Positions 12,686 to 25,546 of a DNA stretch of 64,000 nt are shown here, piece by piece. This DNA is from Paraspadella gotoi (Eukaryota; Animalia; Chaetognatha), in contig CM119265.1 of assembly GCA_051294375.1 (NCBI GenBank), positions 21,948,278 through 22,012,277 on the forward strand, given 5' to 3'. Below the pieces are notes generated by a model that saw only the letters and a list, made by a program, of their open reading frames with translations, had not been told where the DNA came from and did no database searches. The position numbers were made by a program, and so were the translations under genes. Numbering within the stretch: the first letter of the stretch is position 1; each line of letters starts with the position of its first letter.

Positions 12686-12946
12686 CCCGCGACGAACCTG
12701 GCGCGATCAAGATGCCTCTGGGATCCTTGGGGACGATGTCGGTGTTGTTCCTCCGGAGACTCACGACGAGGATGTGCTCTACCTGATCCAGTCCTGCTCC
12801 TCCGATCGCCAATTTCTTCCTCAGGCTGATCCGAAGGCGAATGCGCCGGTACCACATGGGGAGTCGCGGCATAACTGGATTCACGACGTCCACGTGAAAC
12901 TCGTAACCGTTGGGGATCGGGGAGAAGGAAGCGAAGAGGTGCATTC
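12686..12946 (-). CDS. IgSF gene exon 5, clean copy (in redundant block)
   Basis: CCCCGCCAG|GA ATG: (G)MHLFASFSPIPNGYEFHVDVVNP...RRIRLRISLR...HILVVSLRRNNTD...APGSSR G|GTACGT; 261 nt, phase 1-1, fitting exons 4 and 6. Confidence 0.78.
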
Positions 12947-15900
12947 CTGGCGGGGAAAAGGTTTACATCGAAATGTCAGGGTTAAAAATTTAAGAAAATA
13001 ATGCAAAGTTTCACGCCTCCTTCCTACGCTAGCACGGCTTGTAAGCCTAAAAGAGATTGTGAATTTTACGTAGAGGTGTTAAAATGACGAGAGAAAGGGG
13101 TTGGTGACATTAGAGAGAAGAGTTTTTTCTGTAACCATTAACGTCTTTTACAATTCGGTTAATCGTACTCCGACTACAAAATGAGCAACGATCTCAACTC
13201 GGGAAACCAAAAATACAATCCCCACACACAAAAGGAGCACACAAATTCTCATTAAACAAACGGCATTGAACAAAGAGCCAACCCCGAAAGTAGAAATTAA
13301 TCGCCGGACATAAACAAAACCGTAAAAGTCTCTCCTGGATCCGCACGAGATTGTACCATCGAGTTTAGTTTCAATCCGAATCGGTCCTATTTTAAAACCC
13401 TTTTTTCCTTTTTTTTCGTCGGCAGTTTATGTTTTCATTAACCCCCGGGTTTATGATCCAATTGTATTTTTGTTCAATTAATCGTAACCCTTTTTTTTAC
13501 GTATTTACTTTTTCAACCTGGTTAGATTTAGTTCAATCAGCTGTGCGCTCAATGAACGGTTTTTACCTTGTTTCGAAAGAAAAAAAAATTCCTTTGTCAA
13601 ACTCTTGTATCGTCTTTGACATTTATGCCGGCAACGATCGGCGCCACTGTCCCTTGTCTCAACGTACAAGGTAAATTATGAACAGAATTTATGAAACACT
13701 GCAACTTAAGTCGAAAGTCTGAATAATCGAAGACCTGAACTAAGACTGTGGATTAGGCGAAGATATTTTATTCTTGCCCTACTGAGCTCTGTATAGAAGC
13801 AAGACCGGATGACGTGGTATCGTAATTGTGCCTAACCCGGCTTATAGCATTTTGTGTCAAGTGGTATTTTGATATTTACACTTTATGCAATGACACAAAA
13901 TATTGTATCTCTTTAAGTTCAAGTGAGAATGTTTTCCGAGAAAAAAAAAAATTCCTTTACTCCTTGTTTTTATTGTTAAAACCCACTTCTTATCTTTAAC
14001 ATAGCTTATTCCAGCAGCCAGCTTTGGTTATTTTTTAATCTCCTTCTACGTAACTTAGTTCTCTTGACTCTCTAAGTTTTAACCGCGTCTGTTATGGCTT
14101 CTGTGTTATTTTAGTGTGTCACTCAGCCCAATTAGCTTGTTCGGTAGCGGTGCGTTCGTTTCAACGGAATCTCTGTCTCTTTCTTCCTTTTTCTTTCTTT
14201 CATTCATTTATTTTACTCGTTCCTCTCTCTCTCCTCTTTGGTTACTACTCCCGATCAACCACCTAATTCCAGAAAGCTACCGCATGTCATTGCTTGAGAC
14301 CCCGCAATCAAAGGAAACCAGTATATAATTATCGTCATTATAAATCGTCTATTATCATCCTCGTTCGTTCGGTCAACGTGCGTCATCTTTAGTGGTTGTT
14401 TTCCCAGTCACGCATCGGCAGCGAATGTGATCCGCTCCGTTAACCCAGCGTCCTCACTCCGAAAAATTATCGACGTAAAATTTGTTTTGTATTCTTAAAG
14501 TTTTGAATTGCGTCGCTTCCTTTTCCAATAATCATAATTATATGGAGATCCGGATTCAAATAAATAAAAGACTTGCTATCAGGGACCCTGGCGGCGAATA
14601 AAAATGCTCTTAAATCCTGATTAAAAAGAAGCTAATCCTTTATTAAAAAAAGTCTAATTCTTATTAAAATTCACAAATCCAATCAAAGGTTTTCACAGGT
14701 AACCTCCTTTTCCATGTCGACTTTTGAGCTCCCTACGTCTATTAAAATATAATTAACAACGGAAAAATTGTCAAAGTATAGTTTGCCCAACCGAATGATT
14801 TGTAGACGGCCCTCATTTTGTTAATAGAAAAAGAAATAGAGAGGATTGTAGGATAGAGGATGAGGAATGAGGACTTACGAGGATTGAGGATAGAGGATTA
14901 GGATAGAGAGAATTGAGATGACGATAAGAGGTAGAGGATCTTGAGGATAGAGGTGATAAAGAGGAAGGATTGATGGATTAGACAGTGGTATTTGAGTTAG
15001 GATTAAAGTCAAAGAATTATAAAGTGATTGACAAATTAAATTTGTCTGTTCATTAGCCGTCGACAGGAAAATGAAGTCGCCTTCTCAGTTTTGTCGACTC
15101 TTTAGGCCACCCAAAGTGACAATCTTCAATATCCAAAATTTCATCCATCTGCTAAATTTCTATTCGAATCGCCCCGCAAAGCGAACTAATTTTACTCCCA
15201 CAATTTTATCGTGTTCGTGCCAAAATGACTGGTTTTTTGCTCCAAACGATATCCCTTTAAAAAGAAGATGCTCAAATTAATCACGACCAAAGACTTTGTG
15301 TCCTTGATCTTATTCCGTGCCAAAGTTGTTGCGTCCTAAACGAACCGTCCAAAGTGACATGACAGAATCGAGCGATTTGAGGATAAATTTCTACCATATC
15401 AAATAGCATCCTTGACGAAAACTCGTGGCAAAAAAATCTCTCGAGTCTTCGAATCATTTTCGAGCGATCGAGATTGTCCCTCGATCTTCGGAAAAGTGGC
15501 GCTTCGGTCCTCGACGAAAATTGGCCCTCGATCGATCATCGAACCTTTGCTTTCTTGATTTTTTCCGCCGACGACGCACCCAGACGACGCACTGACACGG
15601 ACGACCTTCGGAGTGGGCTCTGTCATTCTATTTCCACTTCTCGGATGACATGCGTTTGAATCTCGAGATCGGACAGTCGACACCGTTTTTCTCATCGATA
15701 TTTTCAAAGCAGTCGGGGTGGGATTCAAGAATTCGGATTTTTTTTTTTTTCCTAAATGGTTATTCTAAAAGTTGAAGCTGAGCTGCTTTGTAGATTTGTA
15801 GAGGAAAAGAATGTCGCTTCAGTGTTCACTGTTGATTGTTTATTTAGATTTGTGCCGGGTCCATTTTTAGGTTTTTATTTTCTTCTGATTAAATTGCTTT

Positions 15901-17169
15901 CCTGTTGTTTATTTGTAGCGGCTCGAACTACTTGTTCATTGTCATATATTTGTTTTGAACCCCACCTGTCGAGCGTATGACGGTTAGCCCTGACCTCAGA
16001 CCAGGGCCATAAATTCCGCGTAACACCACTCAACCAAAATTCGATCGGATCATTTGGGATTCCAGCCCCCCCGACGACCATACCTTTCGATCATAGCCCT
16101 TTGATTTGGTAAATAACTCCCCGACAGTTTCGCTCCGCCTTCCCTGAACAAATACCAAATCTGTAAATCCTAAATTCGGCACAAGTCCTAAAATCCTAAA
16201 AACTCCGAAATCCCCTCAAATAGTTAGAAATCTCAAATCCATGCCATTCGCAGATTTGCGTTGTTCGCCGTGTTCGGTTTAGTTCGCCTTGTTGGAGTCA
16301 AGTTTTTTTCTTAAACCTTTCTTGTGTCCTTCCGGTTTGTTAAAATTTCCCCACTTCCGTGTTTCCCACATTTTTATTTCCCGGAGTCTTTACTTTTTTT
16401 ATTTTCCAAGAAGACGGAGAAATAACGAAAACTGCGATCGTTCATTTTTGTTTTCAGGCCAAAAGCGACGCTGTCAACGAACGAATCGATGACACGAACG
16501 ACGCGACGACAGACAAAAAAACCCCGAATACCAGAGAAAGAAAAAGTACCAAGGAGGCATTTTAGATTGAAGAAGGCAAAAAATAAAGGTCTTAAGTTTA
16601 TATCTGTCTCTCGCTCTCTGATTAATCTTGACGAAAATAAAATAAATAATACTTATAAAAGAAAAAAACAAAAAGGAAAATCAAGCGACGAGAGACGAGT
16701 TTTATTGTTTGTTTCTCTGAAATATTAAAACAAGAGTTTCATTTTGATTAATTGGTAGATTGCGTTTGTTCAAATAAATGACATGTAAGAAAAGGGAAAA
16801 AAATTGAGATACGAACCGCAGTAGAAATTAAAAAAAAAGAAACGAAAGAAAGAAAGGAAAAGAAATGAAAGAAAGCAAAGGAAAAAAACGACAAAAGAAA
16901 AAAAGAAAAGATAAAAGTAATAAAATATAAAGCAAAGAAAAAGAAGACAAGAAGAAAGCAAAGAAAGAAGAAAGCAAGAAAGGAAGAGAAATAAGAGGAA
17001 GAAATAAGAAAAGAGAATCTAGATAATCATTTGTTGCTAAAAATAAAAAAAAACAAGTGAAACGCTCTCGCCAATGCGATCAATCAATCGTCTTCTCTGC
17101 CCCAAAAGACTATCCAAAAAAAATTCCACCCAAAAATCCTCTATTCCTCCCCCCCCCTCCACTTCCCAC

Positions 17170-17388
17170 CCTTTCCGCTGCACAGGCGGAGCGAAAGGGC
17201 GGTCGGGTCCACGGTTAACTCGGAAAGTAGGCAAGAGTGGGCTCGCCCATGAGCCGTCGTGAGTGCGACGGCTGTAGGAGTGTGTAGGTCAACGCGGAAC
17301 TTGTGATTCATTTGATCGGGGCGGTCCACCGTAGGAAGATCTTGCTATTTTCGGGACTGGAGTGAGAAGGAGGGCCGAATACTTGGAC
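17170..17388 (-). pseudogene. Redundant noisy copy of IgSF exon 4
   Basis: Matches 30870-31065 with many indels. Confidence 0.7.
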
Positions 17389-17582
17389 CTGTACGGTGGA
17401 GAGTATGGTTGAGTGAGTGCAGTGATGGTGTGAGAGGTGAATGGATAAAGTAGTTTGATATTGAAAATAGTAGACTCGCGTCGTTATGAGTAGTGAAATT
17501 CGAGAATTTAAAGATTTTGAGAAGTTTTTCTGCTTAAGGGCTTTGTTTCCTTTTGAGTTTCTTTCTCTCTCTCTCTCTGCTC

Positions 17583-17613
<31 letters not shown>

Positions 17614-17813
17614 GCTCTCTCGTCTCTCTCTCTCTCTCGTTTCTCCGGGTCTCTGCGTCGTCTCTTACTTTCTTTCTCTGCTTTTCATCGCCCTTCCAAG
17701 TGCAAATTTCTCATCCCTGCGCTCCGCTGTCCGACGGTTGAACGTTCTATTAAATATCGCTGCTATGCCAATTTCCCCGTTCTCCGTCTCCTTCCCCCCC
17801 CCCTCCTCCTCAC

Positions 17814-18083
17814 GTACCAGCGGTGTCCGAATCAGAGAACAGAGAGAGTGTCAGTGTCAGTCCTTGGGCCAACCCGAGAGGATCCCGCGTTACTAGAGTG
17901 AGCCTTGCGTCCGTGTGCCGGAGTGCTACGGGCGATCATGGTGAAGGTTTTCCCGGCGCCTGTTTTCGCTTCACGTATTGTCAGTTATGTCCACTGGAAG
18001 CAGAAGGTTGCTCTGGTCAAGAGGTTAATCGTTTGGCAGAAGGTGGATACGGCTGTCGCTCACCCCAACCATGATATTCGTGT
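17814..18083 (-). pseudogene. Redundant noisy copy of IgSF exon 3
   Basis: Matches 31441-31677 (e.g. GGCGCCGGGAAAACCTTCACCATGATCGCCCGT) with many insertions; likely raw-read sequence. Confidence 0.7.
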
Positions 18084-18662
18084 TTGATTTGTGTTATAAT
18101 CGTTTTTTGATAATCTCAAGCTCACCAGGTATTATAGGCAGCGTATATGTTTACTTTGGTTAGAAAGTATGTCGAATCATAAAAAAAAATCACATTTGAT
18201 AAATCAGTAGTGTGTTTTTCTTGTGCGCCTGTTACATTACTATGCAATACCCCTTTAGAATTAGCTAATACAAACATGAATTCGGATATATGAAGAAGTG
18301 AATCAGAAGAAACAAATGGCGTTGATGTATATCGATTAATCTCTAAATTTACACGTTAAAAAAAACCATAAAAACAGAGGGTAAAAATATAAAAGACAAA
18401 GAAAATTGGGAAAATTATAAAATATAAAAGAAAAGAAAATTAAACTGGGTATCCTCTTCTTCTTTACCAAATGTATACGTATATAAATATGTAAATAGTA
18501 GTATAGTTCCGATTGAAATATTTGTTGAGAAAGTTACTAATTCCTGCATTGAATCGTGGCTGNNNNNNNNNNNNNNNNNNNNNNNNNNNNNNNNNNNNNN
18601 NNNNNNNNNNNNNNNNNNNNNNNNNNNNNNNNNNNNNNNNNNNNNNNNNNNNNNNNNNNNNN

Positions 18663-18881
18663 CCGCACTGGCCTGGGCGCGGGAGCTGGAATCCAGCTGT
18701 TCCCTGGCCGCGGGGATGCCGGTGCCCGCCCTCGCGTGAGAAGAAGACGTTGAAAATTCTTAGGTGGCACTGCAGCGGCTTTGGCGCGCCGGAAGTCGGC
18801 CGTCGGCGGCGCCGGGAACATTTAGGGCGCCGACGAAGATGCGATGCCGATGGGTGAAGGTGCCGTACTTGTCACGGATGA
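18663..18881 (-). CDS. Possible RRM-protein exon fragment (Boule/DAZ-like N-terminus), noisy, truncated by gap
   Basis: GC-rich island; CATCGCAG| IRDKYGTFTHRHRIFVGALNVP resembles Boule KYGTLIPNRIFVGGI (RNP2). Frame breaks afterwards and no RNP1 is seen. Confidence 0.33.
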
Positions 18882-20930
18882 CTGCGATGTGGGATTGTAG
18901 AAAAGAAAGTTCCAAAAGCCATTTTATTTTTCTTTAAATATCGACGACGATTGACTTTTCGTTTGTTTGATTTCTCATTTTAACTTGAAAACAATTTCAA
19001 AGATCTTTAGGATGTACAAGTGCCAACTATGTTTGAATTAAGTTTCGAATTTACAATGGGAGCAAGACTTATAAGTGCAATCAAAACCTGAAAGCAAAAA
19101 GAAAAAAAATAAAAGATAATTTTTATATTTTTTTATTTTTAATCGTATATCAATTGAGAATCGGTCCAAAAATTTTTTTCCTGCTAAATTCAAACAGTTT
19201 TTACTTGTAAATCACTCTATGAAACGAGATTTTAACTTTAAATGTGAAATGAAAACAAAACGAAAGTCGATAAAAATTAAATGAGCGTATTAGAGCTTCC
19301 TATTCTAGCTAGTGGTGCATTGTATGGACTATGGATCAGTGCTGAGGCGAACGATGTTGTGAGTAATAGACTAGTTCATTAGTCTTCAAAGCTGGAGTGA
19401 TGGAGTATGAATGATTGAATTACCTTTTAACAAATTAAAACTTTTCTACTTTGGCAATTTTATTTAAAACAGTCCTTGTACTCCCTGTAATTTTACTTTC
19501 GTTGCGTATGTTCATAAATGAATATCACAATGCCATTTTCTTGCATTTATTTCATCAATGTAATTTGTATTGAAACAAATCGGTTTAGCTCCTTTGTCAA
19601 AATCCTTAAATTCCGCATTATATACGTACCTAAGTCAAAGCGCTATCTTTCTAAGATCCCCAAGGCTACAAAGTATTCCAACTTCTGCCAGTTGTTTTGA
19701 CAAAGATCCTTTACATAAATACATCATTGTTTTTAATACTTTAGTAATATTTTACCTTTTTCTGACAACATGTAGACGACCACATCCAGACAATGTTATT
19801 TATGATACATTTTCGCAACTCTAGTTAACTTTACTTTTGAATCATTACAGTTTAAAGTGCAACATTGACGTTTCAAGTCTGCATTAGTCGAACTCGTGCC
19901 ATCCGGATTTTTTCTCCGATAACATTAGAAATTTTCTTTTGTTTTTGTTTACCGAAATAACACGTTTCCTATTTTCACAGGGATTGCTTACCACGAGTAA
20001 GTGTTTTTTTTTTTTCATTCTCTCCTGCTGGGAACATTTTTATTGTTTTTATTGTAATCGATATAATATTTTGTCCTTTTTCGATGTAACTCCAATTCTT
20101 AAAATGCACGTAGCCTAGAAAATTGTTTTTTTAATGGATGTAATTAATCGTTGTACATATATTATATAAAGTCACCAATAAGCTTAGTTTATTTAAAAAA
20201 ATATTATAATAAAAAAATATGCTTAAAGAGAATCAGTACATGCGAACAACATGAGCTACTATACAATATACATAGAATTAATGCCTAGTGAAAAGCGATG
20301 GAAATTGGACAATGATGATACTCGTAACTACAAATCAATCAAACGTTTGAACGATATGGTTGACATAAATGGGTACAAACTATGATAAAAAAATTATTCA
20401 TTCATTTCAATAAACAATGGACACTGTACAGGCTATTTATTACAGACCAAACTTTACCTTGCACAAACAATCAGCGAGGTTTTCGCTCTTGATAGTTTTT
20501 TTAAAGTAAAAAAAAACAAAGGCTGCCGCTGAAAATATGAATGAACCGTCAACCGTCAGTTCTTTACATATTATCCTCTAGATTATCTGAAGTTTATTGT
20601 TCAAGCCTTTTTTCAAGAGCTAAACAAAATAGCAATCATCTCTATCTGTTTATAACGCTCGCCCTAAAATAAAAATGTATCGCCGTATAGAGAGGATAAA
20701 AAGTTGTTTATGGTCATCATCGATTCGAAAAATGAAACGATAAAACAAGAGAGAAAAAAAAACGAGAAACAAAAGGTATTTGCTTTGAGATTATCATATG
20801 TAGTAGTAACGTCGCGAGTATGAATAAATTCCAGTTCGCTAACAACGTCATCTATCGAGAAACAAGGCTTTGGAGGTTCTTCTCTCGGCGGTTTCTTTCC
20901 GGCTTTAGGGACGAACATGAACGCGTAACG

Positions 20931-21092
20931 TCATAGGGGACGGCTGCGACGCGAGATGGTCGGGGACGTTGCCAACGTGGATCGACACATCGGCAGCGGA
21001 TGCGGCGGCGGCGGCTCGGCGATCTTTGACCGCCGGGTCTTGAATACATCGTGCTGCTTTCGTATTTCAGTGTGAATTACGTACGATTCGCA
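20931..21092 (-). CDS. IgSF gene putative last coding exon 9
   Basis: Strong acceptor TTTTTTTTTTCCGCCAG, phase 0 matching the exon 8 donor. CESYVIHTEIRKQHDVFKTRRSKIAEPPPPHPLPMCRSTLATSPTISRRSRPL-TGA. GC-rich island in AT-rich DNA. Confidence 0.6.
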   Translation of the reverse strand, partial: CESYVIHTEIRKQHDVFKTRRSKIAEPPPPHPLPMCRSTLATSPTISRRSRPL

Positions 21093-22541
21093 CTGGCGGA
21101 AAAAAAAAAAACGGCGGGTGTTAGTTCAACCACGATTTTTTACAACAAAATAAAATGATAATAAAATGTATAATTAATGCTGCCTTGCACGGTTGATAAA
21201 ATTAAATCTCTTTTTTTGGTTAGTTTTCTTTTTGGTTAAAGCGTGCTAGACAGATTGGTTTAAGCAAAATTAAAAGTTAGAAATATAGTTTGGGTATGAA
21301 AAAAATTAAAAAAGGACTATATGAGAATTTGAAGCAAAGGCTTATCTTAGTATTACATAGAAAATCGGTGAATAAACAAAAGATACATAAGGAGTCGAAT
21401 TTTTTTTTGGTTTTGCTATAACAGATTAAAAAAACGTACAAATTCCATGCTGCGGTGATTTTTTACTGTTTGCGGCAAATTATGGTGGCAACGGCTTATT
21501 CCCTTTCTAGTTTGATTCGGGATCGGCCGGTTTTTTTGTGTTTTTTATGTTTTTTTTTTTTGGTTCCTTGTGGTGATATTATTTTTACGAGACAGAAGCT
21601 TTAGAATAATTTAAACGTATGAAATTAATAGATTGTTGAAGTGGGGAGACTATTTTCGTAGTTATTCTTGGACCACTCCGTAATTTTAGCGACATACTTT
21701 ACCCTTAGGTAATAAGACTATTCCCGAACCGGATAGAAAGTAATGTAAAATTCTACTTGCGTTTATTTAAAGGTTTCGGGTTAAAATAAAGTTTCTGAAG
21801 CCTAATCTGCCAGAGGTGAAGGGATTAATCCGAGAAAGGGACGAGAAAACAAAATCATGTTAAAAAGACAGTAGCAACGATGATAATGCATGAAGTGATA
21901 GCTTTTGGAAATTCTCACCATTCTTCTTAAAGTAAATCTTGAAGACGGCAAACGGGACAAAATAAAAAAAAAACCACGAGGGACAAGAGAGAGAGAAAAA
22001 AAAAAGTTTAGGCGAAACGAGAGAAAATTTCCTATGCGTCACGAAAAAAAGCGTCAACTTTGAGAAAAAAATGTGGACGACACAAACCCAGACGTAAAAA
22101 ATCGGTAAAAAAAGTCCGTAATAATAAAAAAACCACAAACTTACTGATTATTCACAAATTATTACCCATCGCGAAGAACTTTTGCATCTTTTAGCTTTAC
22201 TAAACGCTGGCTCTACATTTTTTTTGGAACGGTTGCATAAACAAGTTCTTTTTTTAACAAAATTTTTGAATTCTCGTTTTTCAAACTGCAATGAACAAAA
22301 GAGCTGCTTTCTATTTCATTGTAAATTTTTAAGTCTAAACAAAGTTTAACAAACAAAGCACACCAACGACCACAATTCTTCGAATTGATTCAACTCAGTT
22401 AATTTAAAAGTTTCAATGACGAGTTGTCAGTCAGTCAAACAGTTAAAAAGTCCGTCGATTCTGTCAGCGTGAATCATTGCTGTCAGTCAATTTGTCAGTC
22501 AAATCGAATCAGTCAGTCAACCTCAACTCGAGTCTCCTCAC

Positions 22542-22823
22542 CGCGGAAGTTCGTCGACCGCAAGAGACGCTTTCGACGCCACCGACTTCTTTTCTCGCCG
22601 TTCGGGCCCGCGCCGTTGGTCGCGGCGGCGGACGTGGACGCCCCGAGTCCGACGCCAGCAGCGTCAATGCCGGCCGTCAAGTCGAGGATCGATGTCGAAA
22701 ACCCTGATCGACTCGGTTGCCAGAGGCGGAGGGGGTGCGTGGCTCGCGTGGCAGTGGACGGGCCGTCCGCCTTCGGACTATCGACGATGGGGTCCGTCCA
22801 GTCGTCGCGGCCGACGTCGGAAA
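22542..22823 (-). CDS. IgSF gene exon 8 (cytoplasmic), colinear copy with indel errors
   Basis: Noisy match to 1221-1486; CAG acceptor and GTGAGG donor. Confidence 0.55.
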
Positions 22824-24797
22824 CTGAGTGAAGGGGGCGAGTATTGATTCACTTGATTATAATTTTAAAATTATTTATTTTACTTTATTTATTTTTTTTT
22901 AAATTATTTATTTATTTATTTCTTTATTCATTTATTTATTTTTTATTATATTTATGTTTTTTTTAATTGTATTTATTTTTATTAATTTATATTTATATTT
23001 CTATTTTTATTATTTTTTTATTATATTTTTCATTTTTATTTATTTATTATTTATTATTTTATTTATTATTTATTTATTATCTTATTTATTTATTTATTTA
23101 TTTATTTATATTATTATTTATTTATTTATTTATTAATTGGATCCGACTGAATGTTAGTCAAGTCATCATGCTACAATTATTTTTCTTGTTCATCTTTCTT
23201 TCTTCAAATGTTAAAAATTTTCCGTTTTATTAATAAAAAATATAATTTTTATCAAAATGATTCTATCGTTCTGCCTTTTACCAACTTTCTAACCCTCAAA
23301 TTGTTTAAGCCGTTTGGTTTGACAAGTGTATTAGCGCAGAAATTAGTACGAAACGGCTGCCCGCATTACCAATTAGCGAAAAATCGCATTCATCATGCTA
23401 GCTGTCCGAATATAAATGATTTCGGGGTCAACATGACGTTCGAAAAATCCGTTTTGTCATTGAAATTTTACCCCGGGAAACAAACTACAAGCCCTGAGGA
23501 TTTCGTCAATTTTGTTATGAATTACTTTCAGATATATAGTATTTATCTGATAATCCCTATTCTATTTCAATGATTTAGACCGATGATTAGCTTAGGGCCG
23601 AAAAATAACAATTTAGCTTCGTTTGTTGCGTTAGGGGAACGCTGGTCGGGCAAAGGAAAATTTGATTTTCCACCAAAAGTATAATTTTTCTAAGGAATAA
23701 AAATAAATATATGATTATTGACATAAATAATACGTGCGATTATTTAAATAAAACTTTGTTAATTTTCGATGCTTGTGAAACAAATTACAAAAAAAAAAAC
23801 AATTTCTGAATTACAATCTTTTGGTAACTTATGTATAAATTTGCTTTGTTATTTTCCGCCGAACAATTTCGATCTTTAATAAGTGCAACATAATATTCCG
23901 AAAAAGCTAATTTTTTCACATTCTGCCCCCTGGGTCAGAATTCGTTGTAGATATGATAATTGTATGTTATTACTATTTAAAAACTGGAATGTAAATTGAA
24001 CCTAATCACTTTCGACTTTGCGTATCGCCAGACGGAAGGGAGCGCCCCTGCCAGGAGATAACAATATTTAGCCCTCGGGCCACACAGCGAACGAACGAAC
24101 CGGCGAAAAAACAATCAGGTTTTTATTCGAAAGAACGGAATTCGCGAAATGATAATTGCATTAGAAAAAATTCTGGAGAAGAAGACGGAGATAGAGATAA
24201 AGACTAGCAGATAGAGACAGATCTTGACAAAGATCTTGACAAAGAATCTTCGCCTGAATTCATTTCAAGACAGAATTTCAATTAAATCCAGGCGAAATTT
24301 GCGGACAAACTCGGGCGGGGGGAGAGGACAAAGCGTTACGGGACAAACCAACAGATTTGTAATCCGTCGATAGAGAGCACAGCAACGAAAATACGAAGTC
24401 AGCAAATTTAATTAAATTTCAAAAAGAAAAAAATGAGCAAAATAAACCAATAAGCCACTAGGGAGTTATCTTAAAATATCACGCCGCTTGGAGAAACCTC
24501 AGTTCGATATTTGCGTATATGTTTGTGGCGCGCTAAATCACGTCGCCTCACCTCCCATCATCCTTTAGAACACACCTTCTCGACGTGCGTTCGATCCACA
24601 TTTTACGTACCAGTCCTAACGACTTCCTAAACGCGACTGAGGATCAGTAGCCCCTCCCCACGCCCATAAGGGGTGAGATGCCAACCCAGCTGCCCACATC
24701 ACAGGCGCAACCGATTGTTAGCTATAATCGCCATTATTTGGCTGTTTACCCATTTAATACGTATTAAATCATCGAAATAAAAAGTAAATAAACTCAC

Positions 24798-25006
24798 GGG
24801 AAATCCTGAGTTGGAAGGGATCCGTGATCCTGAGAAAAGGGACGGGCAGGCGTCGGTTTCGTCATCGTCGTCTTCTATCCTAATTTTTTTCTTCCGGCAC
24901 GAGGAGATTCCTGATTCGACGCCAGGTGGACTTGCCGTCGACCTTCAGCGCCCTCTACTTTGAACGGCGATGTTCCGCCATCTTCGGCTGCGCCATCCGC
25001 ACGTTT
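24798..25006 (-). CDS. IgSF gene exon 7 (cytoplasmic), colinear copy with indel errors
   Basis: Noisy match to the clean exon at 3154-3353; same C|GTGAGT donor. Confidence 0.6.
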
Positions 25007-25020
25007 CTTGAGACGAGAAG

Positions 25021-25068
<48 letters not shown>

Positions 25069-25129
25069 CAGAGAGGAGAGAGAGAGAGCAGGAGCAAGGC
25101 AGAGAGAGAGTAGCCGAGAGCAGAGAGAG

Positions 25130-25167
<38 letters not shown>

Positions 25168-25328
25168 TGCGAGAGACATTAAATTGTGGAGAATGAGTGG
25201 TTGCTTTGAAATCTTAAGAGCCAATATGATGAAAAAATCTGGAGCAATACATCTCATTACTCACTGGAAGAGACTACTTGCAGTGCGTGTTGCACAAAAA
25301 ACCTACATGCAATGCGTGTGCAAACCAC

Positions 25329-25438
25329 TTGCAATGCGTGCTTACGACGAGCGCGGCAAATGACGATGACCAAAAATTCCCGCCGAAAATTCGCCGACAG
25401 CCGCCGCATTCTCTTGAGGAAATGGAATCACGAAACAT
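25329..25438 (-). CDS. IgSF gene exon 6 (transmembrane), colinear copy with indel errors
   Basis: Noisy match to the clean TM exon at 3698-3794. Confidence 0.6.
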
Positions 25439-25466
25439 CTACAGTATGAACTGCTGATCTCCTCTG

Positions 25467-25497
<31 letters not shown>

Positions 25498-25498
25498 T

Positions 25499-25546
<48 letters not shown>

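Larger units (their letters stand above)
1133..18550. repeat. Direct duplicate (copy A) of ~22450-32112, interrupted by the Gypsy and inverted block at 4699-12150
   Basis: Colinear matches, e.g. 1704-4698 with 23265-26301, 12178-12311 with 26549-26685, 12574-15190 with 27049-29161, 16079-18550 with 30001-32112. Confidence 0.92.

Noticed and set aside
19300-19920. Possible THAP/transposase remnant on the minus strand (QCCTLNC..., KGAKPICF)
   Set aside because: Multiple stops, no CxxH motif and no terminal repeats seen; too weak to call.
19981-19996. 16-nt micro-exon-like site (TTTTCACAG...GTAAGT) on the plus strand
   Set aside because: No partner exons identified; such motifs occur by chance in AT-rich DNA.
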